DNA of 64,000 bases from an uncultured Lachnospiraceae bacterium. Lineage in GTDB: Bacteria; Bacillota; Clostridia; Lachnospirales; Lachnospiraceae. The notes under the pieces were generated by a model. It was not told the DNA's origin. It saw nothing but the letters and a program-made list of their open reading frames with translations, and did no database searches. Position numbers and translations under genes: made by a program. Below, in pieces: positions 1 to 11,169 of this stretch; the stretch's first letter is position 1, and each line of letters opens with the position of its first letter. Location of the stretch: the NCBI GenBank assembly GCA_964602475.1, contig CAZRRN010000008.1, positions 2,908-66,907 of the forward strand, in the 5' to 3' direction.

Positions 1-1139
1 ACGGTGAAGGCGATGTCGTGAGAGAAGTTTCTGATGCCTGTATTAAATACGGAATAAAATTTGGTGTATATTTATCGCCATGGGATAGAAACTGCCCGTT
101 GTACGGGCAAGGGAAGGCTTACGACGATTTCTTTGTAGGACAGCTTACCGAGCTGCTGACCGGCTATGGGGACGTTTTTTCTATATGGTTTGACGGAGCA
201 TGCGGAGAAGGTCCAAACGGTAAAAAACAGTATTACGATTGGAACAGGTATTACAGCGTAATACGAAGGCTACAGCCGGATGCCTGCATTTCAGTCTGCG
301 GTCCGGACATACGATGGTGTGGTAATGAAGCAGGTGATACACGAAAGGAAGAATGGAGCGTGGTTCCAAGACGTGCCATGGACAGCGAGATTATATCCAA
401 GAGCAGTCAGCATTGTGATGATCTGGAATTTAGTCAGCGTCGGGTGAATGCCCGTGATGCGGATTTAGGAAGCCGTAAGGTGCTTGAAAATGAAGAAGAA
501 CTCATCTGGTATCCTGCAGAGGTCAATACCTCGATTCGCCCCGGCTGGTTCTGGCATAAGAGTGAAAATGACAAGGTACGCAGTCTTGATGAGCTTGTAC
601 ATATTTACAATAATTCCGTAGGAGGAAATGCAACATTTCTTTTGAATATTCCGCCGACAAACGAGGGGCTGATTCATGAAAATGATGTAGGACGGCTTGC
701 GGAGCTCGGGGAGTATATAAAGAATACCTTTTCCGATAATTTGCTCGAAAAAGCGGAGTTGTATTCCTGCAATGGCAATGCTTCAGCAGTAAGAAACGAT
801 AATTATGAAGAATTTTTTATCGCCGAGAAAAATAACACCTTTGCAGAAATAACTGCAAGGTGGAACGAATACGTTGATGTCGGTACGATTGTGCTGAAGG
901 AAAATATACGGTGCGGTCAGCGAGTAGAAGCGTTTACTGTTGAAGCAGAGCAGGACAACGAATATGTTGAACTGTACCGTGGTACTGTAATCGGATACAA
1001 GCGGATTGTATCTCTAGAGAACATAAGAACCAAAGCAATCCGGTTACGCATTACAGATTCAAGAACAGAGCCTACGCTGGCTTTTCTGGGAATCTATAAT
1101 ACGCTCCGGCATGGAGAAAAGAGTGAAAGAAAACGCTGA
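1..1139 (+). CDS. alpha-L-fucosidase (GH29), 5'-partial, with C-terminal discoidin/F5-8 type C-like domain
   Basis: The frame is open from nt 3 to the window edge, so the gene begins upstream of the window. GH29-like blocks are present (YLSPWDRN, FSIWFDGA, PGWFWH). They are followed by a ~130-aa beta-sandwich-like tail (IVLKENIRCGQRVEAF...IRLRITDS). Confidence 0.85.
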   Translation, partial: GEGDVVREVSDACIKYGIKFGVYLSPWDRNCPLYGQGKAYDDFFVGQLTELLTGYGDVFSIWFDGACGEGPNGKKQYYDWNRYYSVIRRLQPDACISVCGPDIRWCGNEAGDTRKEEWSVVPRRAMDSEIISKSSQHCDDLEFSQRRVNARDADLGSRKVLENEEELIWYPAEVNTSIRPGWFWHKSENDKVRSLDELVHIYNNSVGGNATFLLNIPPTNEGLIHENDVGRLAELGEYIKNTFSDNLLEKAELYSCNGNASAVRNDNYEEFFIAEKNNTFAEITARWNEYVDVGTIVLKENIRCGQRVEAFTVEAEQDNEYVELYRGTVIGYKRIVSLENIRTKAIRLRITDSRTEPTLAFLGIYNTLRHGEKSERKR

Positions 1140-1170
1140 TGCGGTTTTCTTTCACCCTGCAAGTTTGTGA

Positions 1171-4275
<3,105 letters not shown>

Positions 4276-4332
4276 CGCGGCTGTGAAACCTTGACTTTCC
4301 GAAGCTTTTAGAATAGAATATAAAAAGTATGA

Positions 4333-4360
4333 TAGGAAGCTTTTTTAAGCTTCCTATTTG
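4333..4360 (+). terminator. rho-independent terminator candidate after the GH2 gene
   Basis: Perfect 10-bp stem TAGGAAGCTT/AAGCTTCCTA with a TTTT loop, followed by a short TTTG tail. Confidence 0.5.
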
Positions 4361-4416
4361 ATACATTGATGATGAATATTACGAAACATAAGGGCTACAG
4401 AAACAGGAGGATTTAT

Positions 4417-5340
4417 ATGAGACTGATCACCCGATCGGATTTTGACGGACTGGTATGTGGGGTACTGCTGAAAGAAGCCGGTATCATTGATGAATGGAAG
4501 TTTGCGCACCCGAAGGATTTACAGGACGGGTTGGTACAGGTAACTGCGAATGACTGTCTGGCGAATGTACCGTTTGTAGAGGGCTGCGGACTGTGGTTTG
4601 ACCATCATGCAAGTGAAGATGAAAGAAATGCCCATAAAGGAAAATACACCGGCGACAGCCGTTCCTGTCCGAGCTGTGCACATGTAGTATATGATTACTA
4701 CGGCGGAAAGGAACGCTTCCCGCATTTTGACGATCTGTTGGCAGCAGTCGACAAGGTTGACTCTGCGCAGCTTGAGATTGATGAGATTCTGCATCCCGTT
4801 GGGTGGGTGCTGCTTGGGTTTATTATGGATCCGAGAACCGGACTTGGACGCTTTCGCAATTTCACAATCAGTAATTACCAGCTGATGGAGAAATTGATCG
4901 ATGAATGCCGTACAAAGAATGTTTCCGAGATTCTGGCACTTTCGGATGTAAAGGAACGCGCGGAGCTTTATTTTGAACAGACCGAGAAGTTTATCGAAAT
5001 GGTAAAGAACACTACAGAGGTCCGCAATGGTGTTATTATCACGGATTTGCGCGGTGCTGACGTTATTTACAGCTGTAACCGTTTTATGATTTACAGTCTG
5101 TATCCGGAAGGAAATATCAGCTGCTGGATCGTTTCGGGACGGGAAGGCAAGGGCTGTAGCTGCGCAGTTGGATATTCGGTAATCAACCGAAGCTGCCGCA
5201 TTGATGTCGGAGCACTGATGCTGAAATACGGCGGCGGTGGTCACAGAGTAGTCGGAACCTGCCAGTTCTCTGATTTGGAAATGAGTGACCGGGTTCCACA
5301 GTTGTTAGATGATCTTGCAGAAATGAACAGTGAGAAATAG
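4417..5340 (+). CDS. DHH/DHHA1 family phosphoesterase (NrnA / exopolyphosphatase-like)
   Basis: N-terminal DxD-type motif (RSDFDGLVC), DHH motif (WFDHHASE) and DHHA1 GGGGH motif (KYGGGGHRVVG). The start is set at ATG 4417, which follows AGGAGG at 4405-4410. Confidence 0.8.
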   Translation: MRLITRSDFDGLVCGVLLKEAGIIDEWKFAHPKDLQDGLVQVTANDCLANVPFVEGCGLWFDHHASEDERNAHKGKYTGDSRSCPSCAHVVYDYYGGKERFPHFDDLLAAVDKVDSAQLEIDEILHPVGWVLLGFIMDPRTGLGRFRNFTISNYQLMEKLIDECRTKNVSEILALSDVKERAELYFEQTEKFIEMVKNTTEVRNGVIITDLRGADVIYSCNRFMIYSLYPEGNISCWIVSGREGKGCSCAVGYSVINRSCRIDVGALMLKYGGGGHRVVGTCQFSDLEMSDRVPQLLDDLAEMNSEK

Positions 5341-5350
5341 AGGAAAAGAC

Positions 5351-6070
5351 ATGATACATTTTATACTGGTTATACTAGCGTTTATTTTATTTTTTGCCGT
5401 GACGCTGCCTCTGTACCTGATTCTCCTTCTGGTCGGACTGGTCAGTCCAAAGCTTCGTACACATATTTCTCAGCCCGTGGTAGCTGCAGGCTTCCGTATG
5501 GTACTGGCAGCGGCAGGAGTCAGAGTAAGTGTACTTGGGAGAGAAAATGTTCCAGATGAACCTGTGCTTTACGCAACAAATCACAGAAGTATTTCCGATG
5601 TGCCGATTTTTTATACAACGGTACCGCAGATTACGGGAATTATAGCGAAGAAGGAAATCGCAAAGATTCCGTTCTTAAGCTGGTGGATGCGACTTCTGAA
5701 CTGTCTGTTTCTGGATCGCTCCGATCTTAAAAAAGCAATGAAGACGATCCTGACGGGAGTATCCCTGATTAAAAAAGGATCCTCCATGTGTATTATGCCG
5801 GAAGGAACCAGAAATCACGAAGCAGAGATGCTGCCGTTTAAGGAAGGAAGCTTTAAGATGGCTGAGAAGACTGGGTGTCCGGTCGTTCCGGTTGCAATCT
5901 GGAAAAGTGATGAAATTTTTGAACTACATATGCCGGTTGTAAAACCTACACACGTGACAATCCGGTACGGGGAGCCGATTCGGGTCAGTGGGCTTGCAAA
6001 GGAAGAACAGAAGCACATAGGAGTGCTTGTGCGTACAAGAATTGATGAGATGCTTCAGGAGATGAAGTAA
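5351..6070 (+). CDS. plsC: 1-acyl-sn-glycerol-3-phosphate acyltransferase
   Basis: N-terminal TM helix, acyltransferase HX4D block (NHRSISD) and the PEGTR block (MPEGTRN). ATG 5351 was chosen because it avoids an overlap with the upstream gene's end. Confidence 0.85.
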   Translation: MIHFILVILAFILFFAVTLPLYLILLLVGLVSPKLRTHISQPVVAAGFRMVLAAAGVRVSVLGRENVPDEPVLYATNHRSISDVPIFYTTVPQITGIIAKKEIAKIPFLSWWMRLLNCLFLDRSDLKKAMKTILTGVSLIKKGSSMCIMPEGTRNHEAEMLPFKEGSFKMAEKTGCPVVPVAIWKSDEIFELHMPVVKPTHVTIRYGEPIRVSGLAKEEQKHIGVLVRTRIDEMLQEMK

Positions 6071-6082
6071 AGAAAAAACTGC

Positions 6083-6111
6083 TTTTCAATTGCTCCTTTG
6101 CATGCTATAAT
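6083..6111 (+). promoter_or_regulatory. sigma-A type promoter candidate (extended -10)
   Basis: TTTTCA, 17-nt spacer, then TGcTATAAT (TATAAT at 6106-6111), lying upstream of the 6172 ORF. Confidence 0.4.
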
Positions 6112-6171
6112 TGCACAGAATCAGTTGAATGGCTCTGATAAGAAGAGCAAGAGGAGAGGAGGGAACAAGAT

Positions 6172-6627
6172 ATGCAGACATGGCAGATTGTTGTGCTAGT
6201 TGTGATCGCAGTGCTTGTCGCAGGTGTGATTGCGTTATCCATATATGGAAAGAAGCTTCAGAAGAAATCCGAAGCATCCCAGGCAGAATTAAAGGCCGGC
6301 GCACAGACATTTTCCATTCTTGTCATTGATAAGAAACGCATGAAGCTTAGCGAAGCCGGTTTTCCGCAGATTGTACTGGATCAGACACCCAAGTATCTGC
6401 GTCGTGCCAAGGTGCCGGTTGTTAAGGCTAAAATCGGTCCGAAGGTTGCAAGCCTGATGTGCGACGAGAAGATTTTTGATCTGATTCCGATCAAAAAAGA
6501 AGTAAAAGCTGTTATGAACGGTATTTATATCATTGATGTCAAGGGAATGCGCGGCGGACTCGATGCGAAGCCGGCAAAGAAGAATTTCTTCGCACGTATA
6601 AAGGATAAGGTGACGAAGAAGTCCTGA
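6172..6627 (+). CDS. hypothetical membrane-anchored protein (single N-terminal TM, Lys-rich)
   Basis: Strong RBS (GGAGGG) 7-8 nt upstream, an N-terminal hydrophobic helix (WQIVVLVVIAVLVAGVIALSIY) and a clean terminator downstream. I did not recognise the family. Confidence 0.7.
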   Translation: MQTWQIVVLVVIAVLVAGVIALSIYGKKLQKKSEASQAELKAGAQTFSILVIDKKRMKLSEAGFPQIVLDQTPKYLRRAKVPVVKAKIGPKVASLMCDEKIFDLIPIKKEVKAVMNGIYIIDVKGMRGGLDAKPAKKNFFARIKDKVTKKS

Positions 6628-6657
6628 GGCGTTCGTACCGCAATCAAAATAAACCAA

Positions 6658-6686
6658 CCGCCGCAGAGCATCTGCGGCGGTTTTTG
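6658..6686 (+). terminator. rho-independent terminator
   Basis: Stem CCGCCGCAGA/TCTGCGGCGG with a 3-nt loop, followed by TTTTTGTTT. Confidence 0.85.
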
Positions 6687-6797
6687 TTTATAGGAAAGCC
6701 CGTTGAGAAGATAAGACGCTCAGTTCTTCTCTTAGTAAAAATAGTAATTTTGTACAGTCAATAAATGAAAATGTCCAAAAATTCATCAGTATTTCAC

Positions 6798-6826
6798 TTG
6801 AACAAATAGTTATTTAGTGTTATACT
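6798..6826 (+). promoter_or_regulatory. sigma-A promoter candidate for clpB
   Basis: TTGAAC (6798-6803), 17-nt spacer, TATACT (6821-6826), preceded by TGt, which gives an extended -10. Confidence 0.5.
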
Positions 6827-6928
6827 AACAATAGAACAGATAGAATATAAAATCTGAATTGTGCAGGATTGGCGAAGTTCACTGATCCGTATCACAGAGC
6901 CGTTGAAAATATGGCAGGGAGGTGGCTT

Positions 6929-9511
6929 ATGAATATCAGCAAATTTACACAGAAATCCGTACAGGCAATGGAAAGCTGTGAAAAAACCGCATATGAATTC
7001 GGACATCAGCAGCTTGAGCAGGAGCATTTACTCTATGCATTGCTGACCGATAATGAGGGACTGATGCCGAGACTTCTCGAGAAAATGGAAATCAATAACA
7101 AAGTTTTTCTGGCTCAGATTGAGGGTAGTCTGAATAAAAAGCCAAAGGTATCCGGCGGACAGGTTTATGTCGGAGAAGCACTGAATAAGGTTTTGATTTA
7201 CGCAGAGGATGAGGCAAAACAAATGGGCGACGAGTATGTATCCGTCGAGCATCTGTTTCTCAGTATGCTGAAATATCCGAGCCGCGAAATGGCGGCGATT
7301 TTCAGAGAGTTTAATATTACAAAGGAACGTTTTCTGAAGGCACTCGCTACTGTCCGGGGAAATCAGAAGGTGGTCAGTGACAATCCGGAAGCGACCTATG
7401 ATACCCTTGAAAAATACGGCAGCGATCTGGTGGAGCGTGCGCGTGCACAGAAGCTTGATCCGGTCATCGGCAGAGATACCGAGATCCGTAATGTTATCCG
7501 GATTCTTTCCCGTAAGACAAAGAATAACCCGGTTCTGATCGGAGAACCCGGTGTCGGTAAAACCGCAGTCGTTGAAGGACTTGCACAGCGTATTGTAAAG
7601 GGAGATGTACCGGAAGGTCTGAAGGATAAGAAAATATTTGCACTTGATATGGGTGCTCTGGTTGCGGGCGCAAAATACCGCGGTGAATTTGAAGAGCGTC
7701 TGAAAGCAGTATTGGAGGAAGTGAAAAAAAGCGAAGGAAAGCTCATTCTGTTTGTCGATGAGCTGCATCTGATTGTTGGTGCCGGAAAGACTGAAGGAGC
7801 CATGGATGCCGGAAATATGCTGAAACCGATGCTGGCCAGAGGAGAACTGCACTGTATCGGAGCTACTACCCTGAACGAATACCGCCAGTATATTGAAAAG
7901 GATAAAGCGTTGGAACGCCGATTCCAGCCGGTTATGGTAGAGGAACCGACGGTAGAAGATACGATTTCCATCCTGCGTGGTCTGAAAGAACGTTACGAGG
8001 TCTTTCACGGCGTTAAAATCTCGGATAATGCACTTGTTTCGGCAGCAGTGCTTTCCAACCGATATATCACCGACCGGTTTCTTCCGGACAAGGCGATTGA
8101 TCTTGTAGATGAGGCCTGCTCCATGATTAAGACAGAACTCGATTCCATGCCGACAGAGCTTGATGATATTCAGCATACGATTATGCGTCTGGAAATCGAA
8201 GAGGCAGCCTTGAAGAACGAAGATGACCGTATGAGTGCGGAACGTCTTTTGGATCTGCAGAAGGAGCTGGCGGAGCTTCGTGAGAGCTTTAAGGTAAAGA
8301 AAGCACAGTGGGACAACGAAAAGGCTGATGTAGAAAAGCTTCGAAAGCTCCGTGAGCAGATGGAGGAGATTAAGAACGAAATAACAGTCGCAGAACGAAA
8401 ATATGATTTAAATAAAGCGGCGGAACTGGAATACGGAAAGCTTCCGGAAATCCGCAAGGCAATCGAAGCGGAAGAAGAACGGATTAATTCCGATCAGAAC
8501 CGTCTGGTACATGAAAATGTAAGTGAAGAAGAAATTGCAAGGATTGTTTCAAGATGGACCGGTATTCCGGTTACAAAACTGACGGAAAGCGAACGAAAGA
8601 AAACACTTGCCCTTGCTGATGAGCTTCATAAACGAGTTATTGGTCAGGAAGAGGGTGTACAGCGTGTAACTGACGCAATTCTTCGTTCCAAAGCGGGGAT
8701 TAAGGATCCGACAAAGCCTATCGGTTCGTTCCTGTTCCTTGGTCCGACCGGCGTTGGTAAGACAGAGCTTGCAAAGAGTCTGGCACAGGCATTGTTTGAC
8801 AATGAACAGAATATGGTTCGTATTGACATGAGTGAATACATGGAGAAGTTCTCGGTATCAAGGCTTCTTGGAGCGCCGCCCGGATATGTGGGTTATGAAG
8901 AAGGCGGTCAGCTGACAGAAGCCGTTCGAAGAAAACCCTACTCCGTCATTTTGTTTGATGAGATTGAAAAAGCACATCCGGATGTTTTCAATGTGCTGCT
9001 TCAAATTCTGGATGACGGTCGTGTGACTGATTCACAGGGTCGAACCGTAGATTTTAAGAACACGATTCTGATTATGACTTCCAACATCGGGTCTTCTTAT
9101 CTGTTGGAGGGAATTGATGAAAACGGTTCTATCCGTCCGGAATGTGAAAAAGCGGTTATGGATGAGCTGAAAGCAAGCTTTCGTCCGGAATTTCTGAACC
9201 GGTTGGATGAAATTATTATGTTCAAGCCGCTGACGAAGGAAAATATCGCAGCGATTGTAGACCTGCAGGTCGATGCATTGAACAAACGTCTCGAAGACAG
9301 GGGAATTACCATTATACTGACCGCTGCCGCGAAAAGTTATGTGATTGAGCATGCATATGATCCGCTTTACGGTGCAAGACCACTGAAGCGTTACCTGCAG
9401 AAATATATCGAAACCTTGAGTGCAAAACTTATTCTAAGTGATGAGGTACACGAGGGGAGTATTATCAGGGTTGATGTACAGGACGGAGAGCTCGGCGCAT
9501 ATGTAGATTGA
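6929..9511 (+). CDS. clpB: ATP-dependent chaperone ClpB (AAA+ disaggregase)
   Basis: Clp N-domain; two Walker A sites ([16 protein letters not shown]); a long coiled-coil middle domain between the NBDs; conserved GARPLKR near the C-terminus. The start is ATG 6929 ([10 protein letters not shown]), which follows GGGAGGTGG. Confidence 0.95.
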   Translation: MNISKFTQKSVQAMESCEKTAYEFGHQQLEQEHLLYALLTDNEGLMPRLLEKMEINNKVFLAQIEGSLNKKPKVSGGQVYVGEALNKVLIYAEDEAKQMGDEYVSVEHLFLSMLKYPSREMAAIFREFNITKERFLKALATVRGNQKVVSDNPEATYDTLEKYGSDLVERARAQKLDPVIGRDTEIRNVIRILSRKTKNNPVLIGEPGVGKTAVVEGLAQRIVKGDVPEGLKDKKIFALDMGALVAGAKYRGEFEERLKAVLEEVKKSEGKLILFVDELHLIVGAGKTEGAMDAGNMLKPMLARGELHCIGATTLNEYRQYIEKDKALERRFQPVMVEEPTVEDTISILRGLKERYEVFHGVKISDNALVSAAVLSNRYITDRFLPDKAIDLVDEACSMIKTELDSMPTELDDIQHTIMRLEIEEAALKNEDDRMSAERLLDLQKELAELRESFKVKKAQWDNEKADVEKLRKLREQMEEIKNEITVAERKYDLNKAAELEYGKLPEIRKAIEAEEERINSDQNRLVHENVSEEEIARIVSRWTGIPVTKLTESERKKTLALADELHKRVIGQEEGVQRVTDAILRSKAGIKDPTKPIGSFLFLGPTGVGKTELAKSLAQALFDNEQNMVRIDMSEYMEKFSVSRLLGAPPGYVGYEEGGQLTEAVRRKPYSVILFDEIEKAHPDVFNVLLQILDDGRVTDSQGRTVDFKNTILIMTSNIGSSYLLEGIDENGSIRPECEKAVMDELKASFRPEFLNRLDEIIMFKPLTKENIAAIVDLQVDALNKRLEDRGITIILTAAAKSYVIEHAYDPLYGARPLKRYLQKYIETLSAKLILSDEVHEGSIIRVDVQDGELGAYVD

Positions 9512-9560
9512 AGTGACAAGCTGTAAAGATCAGATTGCAGAATATTTGTTTTATCTTAAT

Positions 9561-9603
9561 AGCCCTTCTCTAATGGTAATTCCATAGGGAAGGGCTTATT
9601 TCA
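9561..9603 (+). terminator. terminator candidate after clpB
   Basis: AGCCCTTC (9561-9568) pairs with GAAGGGCT (9589-9596) and is followed by TATTT. The loop is long (~20 nt), so confidence is moderate. Confidence 0.45.
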
Positions 9604-9632
9604 TCTACTAGATAAAGTTTATAATAAATATG

Positions 9633-9661
9633 TTGACAAACGACATATGTCGTGATAAGAT
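9633..9661 (+). promoter_or_regulatory. sigma-A promoter of the PadR operon with an operator in the spacer
   Basis: TTGACA (9633-9638), 17-nt spacer, TAAGAT (9656-9661). The spacer contains the perfect 14-bp palindrome ACGACATATGTCGT (9640-9653). Confidence 0.55.
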
Positions 9662-9759
9662 ATAGCACGACAGCTGACATATGACGCGAAACGACACATG
9701 TCAGAAAACGACATATGTCAGCAAGCGACATAATTGACGTACGATATACAGCGTATATC
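9640..9759. repeat. 17-bp-phased array of GACATATGTC-type palindromes (putative operator array)
   Basis: The sites are GACATATGTC 9642-9651, GACATATGAC 9676-9685, GACACATGTC 9693-9702, GACATATGTC 9710-9719 and the degenerate GACATAATTGAC 9727-9738. Centre-to-centre spacings are 34, 17, 17 and ~18 bp. A separate inverted repeat, GATATAC-agc-GTATATC, lies at 9743-9759. Confidence 0.8.
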
Positions 9760-9812
9760 AATGCGGCAGAACATACGTCTTTTGAACGAGCACTACGAAA
9801 CGGAGAATTTGT

Positions 9813-10154
9813 ATGAAGACAGAACCGTTAACTGAAAGCTATTTTTATATTCTACTGTGCCTGGCTCGAGGGAGGAACCATGGCTACGGGATCATGACGG
9901 AGACCGACCGGATGTCGGACGGTCGGGTAAAGATCGGTTCAGGAACGATGTACGGTGCAGTCAGTAATATGATAAAGAAGAAGTGGATCAAAGAAGCCTT
10001 AAGCGACGCCCCTGAAGATTACCGGAAACGGCTGTATGAACTGACCCAGGAAGGAGAAAGAATTCTGCAGGCAGAAATCGGACGGCTGTGTGAGCTTTTA
10101 CAGAATGCGAAGGACTGTGGACTATACCAGCCGCCGAACAGTAACAAACTCTGA
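9813..10154 (+). CDS. PadR family transcriptional regulator (short, ~110 aa type)
   Basis: The winged-helix PadR signature (YFYILLCLARGRNHGYGIMTE...GSGTMYGAVSNMIKKKWI) is followed by a C-terminal dimerisation helix. Confidence 0.9.
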   Translation: MKTEPLTESYFYILLCLARGRNHGYGIMTETDRMSDGRVKIGSGTMYGAVSNMIKKKWIKEALSDAPEDYRKRLYELTQEGERILQAEIGRLCELLQNAKDCGLYQPPNSNKL

Positions 10155-10167
10155 TTGGAGAACGAAG

Positions 10168-11124
10168 ATGAGCAAAAAGAGAGCAAGAAAGACAATTCCG
10201 GTTTTATTTCTGGCATGGGATTATGAAAATGAAGAGCGGTATATAAACCGACAGGCAGAAAAAGGCTGGCAGCTGGTTTGCGGAAGAACATTTTCGCATA
10301 CATATGAACGATCGGACCAGAAATACCGGTGCCGTCTGGACTTCTTTCAAATGAACCGGAAAAGCGAAGAAGAAGCAAAGAGGTATTTGGATCTTAATGC
10401 TGACATGGGCTGGGAGTACGTCGGGTCTGCCATTAACGGCTGGAATTATTTCCGAAAGAAATATGTAGAGGGGACAGACGAGGAAGAATATGCCCTGTAC
10501 ACAGACAATGAGTCTCTTTCGGAAATGCTTGGACGACTTATTACATTCATGAGAATTTTTGAGATTCTGTCCTTTTGTAATGCAGTTAATATGCTGATGA
10601 GGGTTTTGGATTTTCAGACCTTTAGCAGTATTCTGCTTTGCATTATGCAGGTGCTGCTGTTGTTTCTGTTCGAATTCGGAATTATCCAGATGAAACGAAA
10701 ACAAAAAAGAAAGCCTGCACTGCGGTTTGGCAGAGTCGGCAGCTACATTGCATATGTCATGGCACTTGGCTGTCTGATAACCTTTTTTATTACCTTTCCA
10801 TTGGTTTTTCGAACACCCTGTTACCATACGAGTTATCAGGGGAACCTGACTGAGATGGAGCTTGAGCTGAAGAACAGCTTTGAGGTTGGAAGTTCACGAA
10901 CCTATCGGCTGTCAATTGATATCAAGTCCGGTTCGCTTCCCGTTACCGTTTCCGTTACTGCATCAGATGGAACGATTCTTTATACGAGTGAAACCGCAAA
11001 CCTGATAAAAGAGAATCAGAGACTGTACCTGAAAGAGGGAAGCTATTATCTGTTAATGGAACCGGCGGAGGAACCGGAGCTTCTCGAACGCGAGACGAGG
11101 AAAATTTACATTTGTATTGAATAA
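10168..11124 (+). CDS. DUF2812-like membrane protein with extra C-terminal beta-rich domain
   Basis: The N-terminus (LAWDYENEERYINRQAEKGWQLV) matches the DUF2812 pattern that is often encoded next to PadR genes. It has central TM helices. The start is ATG 10168 after GGAG, whereas the track ORF begins inside padR. Confidence 0.75.
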   Translation: MSKKRARKTIPVLFLAWDYENEERYINRQAEKGWQLVCGRTFSHTYERSDQKYRCRLDFFQMNRKSEEEAKRYLDLNADMGWEYVGSAINGWNYFRKKYVEGTDEEEYALYTDNESLSEMLGRLITFMRIFEILSFCNAVNMLMRVLDFQTFSSILLCIMQVLLLFLFEFGIIQMKRKQKRKPALRFGRVGSYIAYVMALGCLITFFITFPLVFRTPCYHTSYQGNLTEMELELKNSFEVGSSRTYRLSIDIKSGSLPVTVSVTASDGTILYTSETANLIKENQRLYLKEGSYYLLMEPAEEPELLERETRKIYICIE

Positions 11125-11128
11125 TAAA

Positions 11129-11161
11129 GTCTGTTATGCGCAAAAAGCAGCGCAGGAATGG
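11129..11161 (+). repeat. 33-nt conserved 5'-leader element, copy A
   Basis: GTCTGTTATGCGCAAAAAGCAGCGCAGGAATGG is identical to 18292-18324 at 31 of 33 positions, including an exact 21-mer. It ends 8 nt before an ATG. Confidence 0.85.
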
Positions 11162-11169
11162 GGGATAAG

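Noticed and set aside
6756-6780. Possible CtsR box (AGTCAAT...GTCCAAA) or CIRCE element upstream of clpB.
   Set aside because: - The two heptads are 10 nt apart rather than the 3 nt of the CtsR consensus, and both deviate from GGTCAAA.
- No TTAGCACTC-N9-GAGTGCTAA (CIRCE) is present in 6660-6930.
7028-8176. Long antisense ORFs opposite well-supported genes. These include 7028-8176 and 7396-7971 (opposite clpB), 4519-5244 (DHH gene), 26414-26941 (rarA), 39884-40585 (CofE-like gene), 41319-42230 (hydrogenase-MCP gene), 59526-60254 (nifJ), 30828-31400 (ATPase gene) and 63284-63919 (lysS).
   Set aside because: - Each lies fully inside a gene whose sense-strand product has clear family motifs.
- Their translations are low-complexity or Cys/Ser/Phe-rich with no recognisable motifs.
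- None has a convincing RBS.
- They are typical shadow ORFs.
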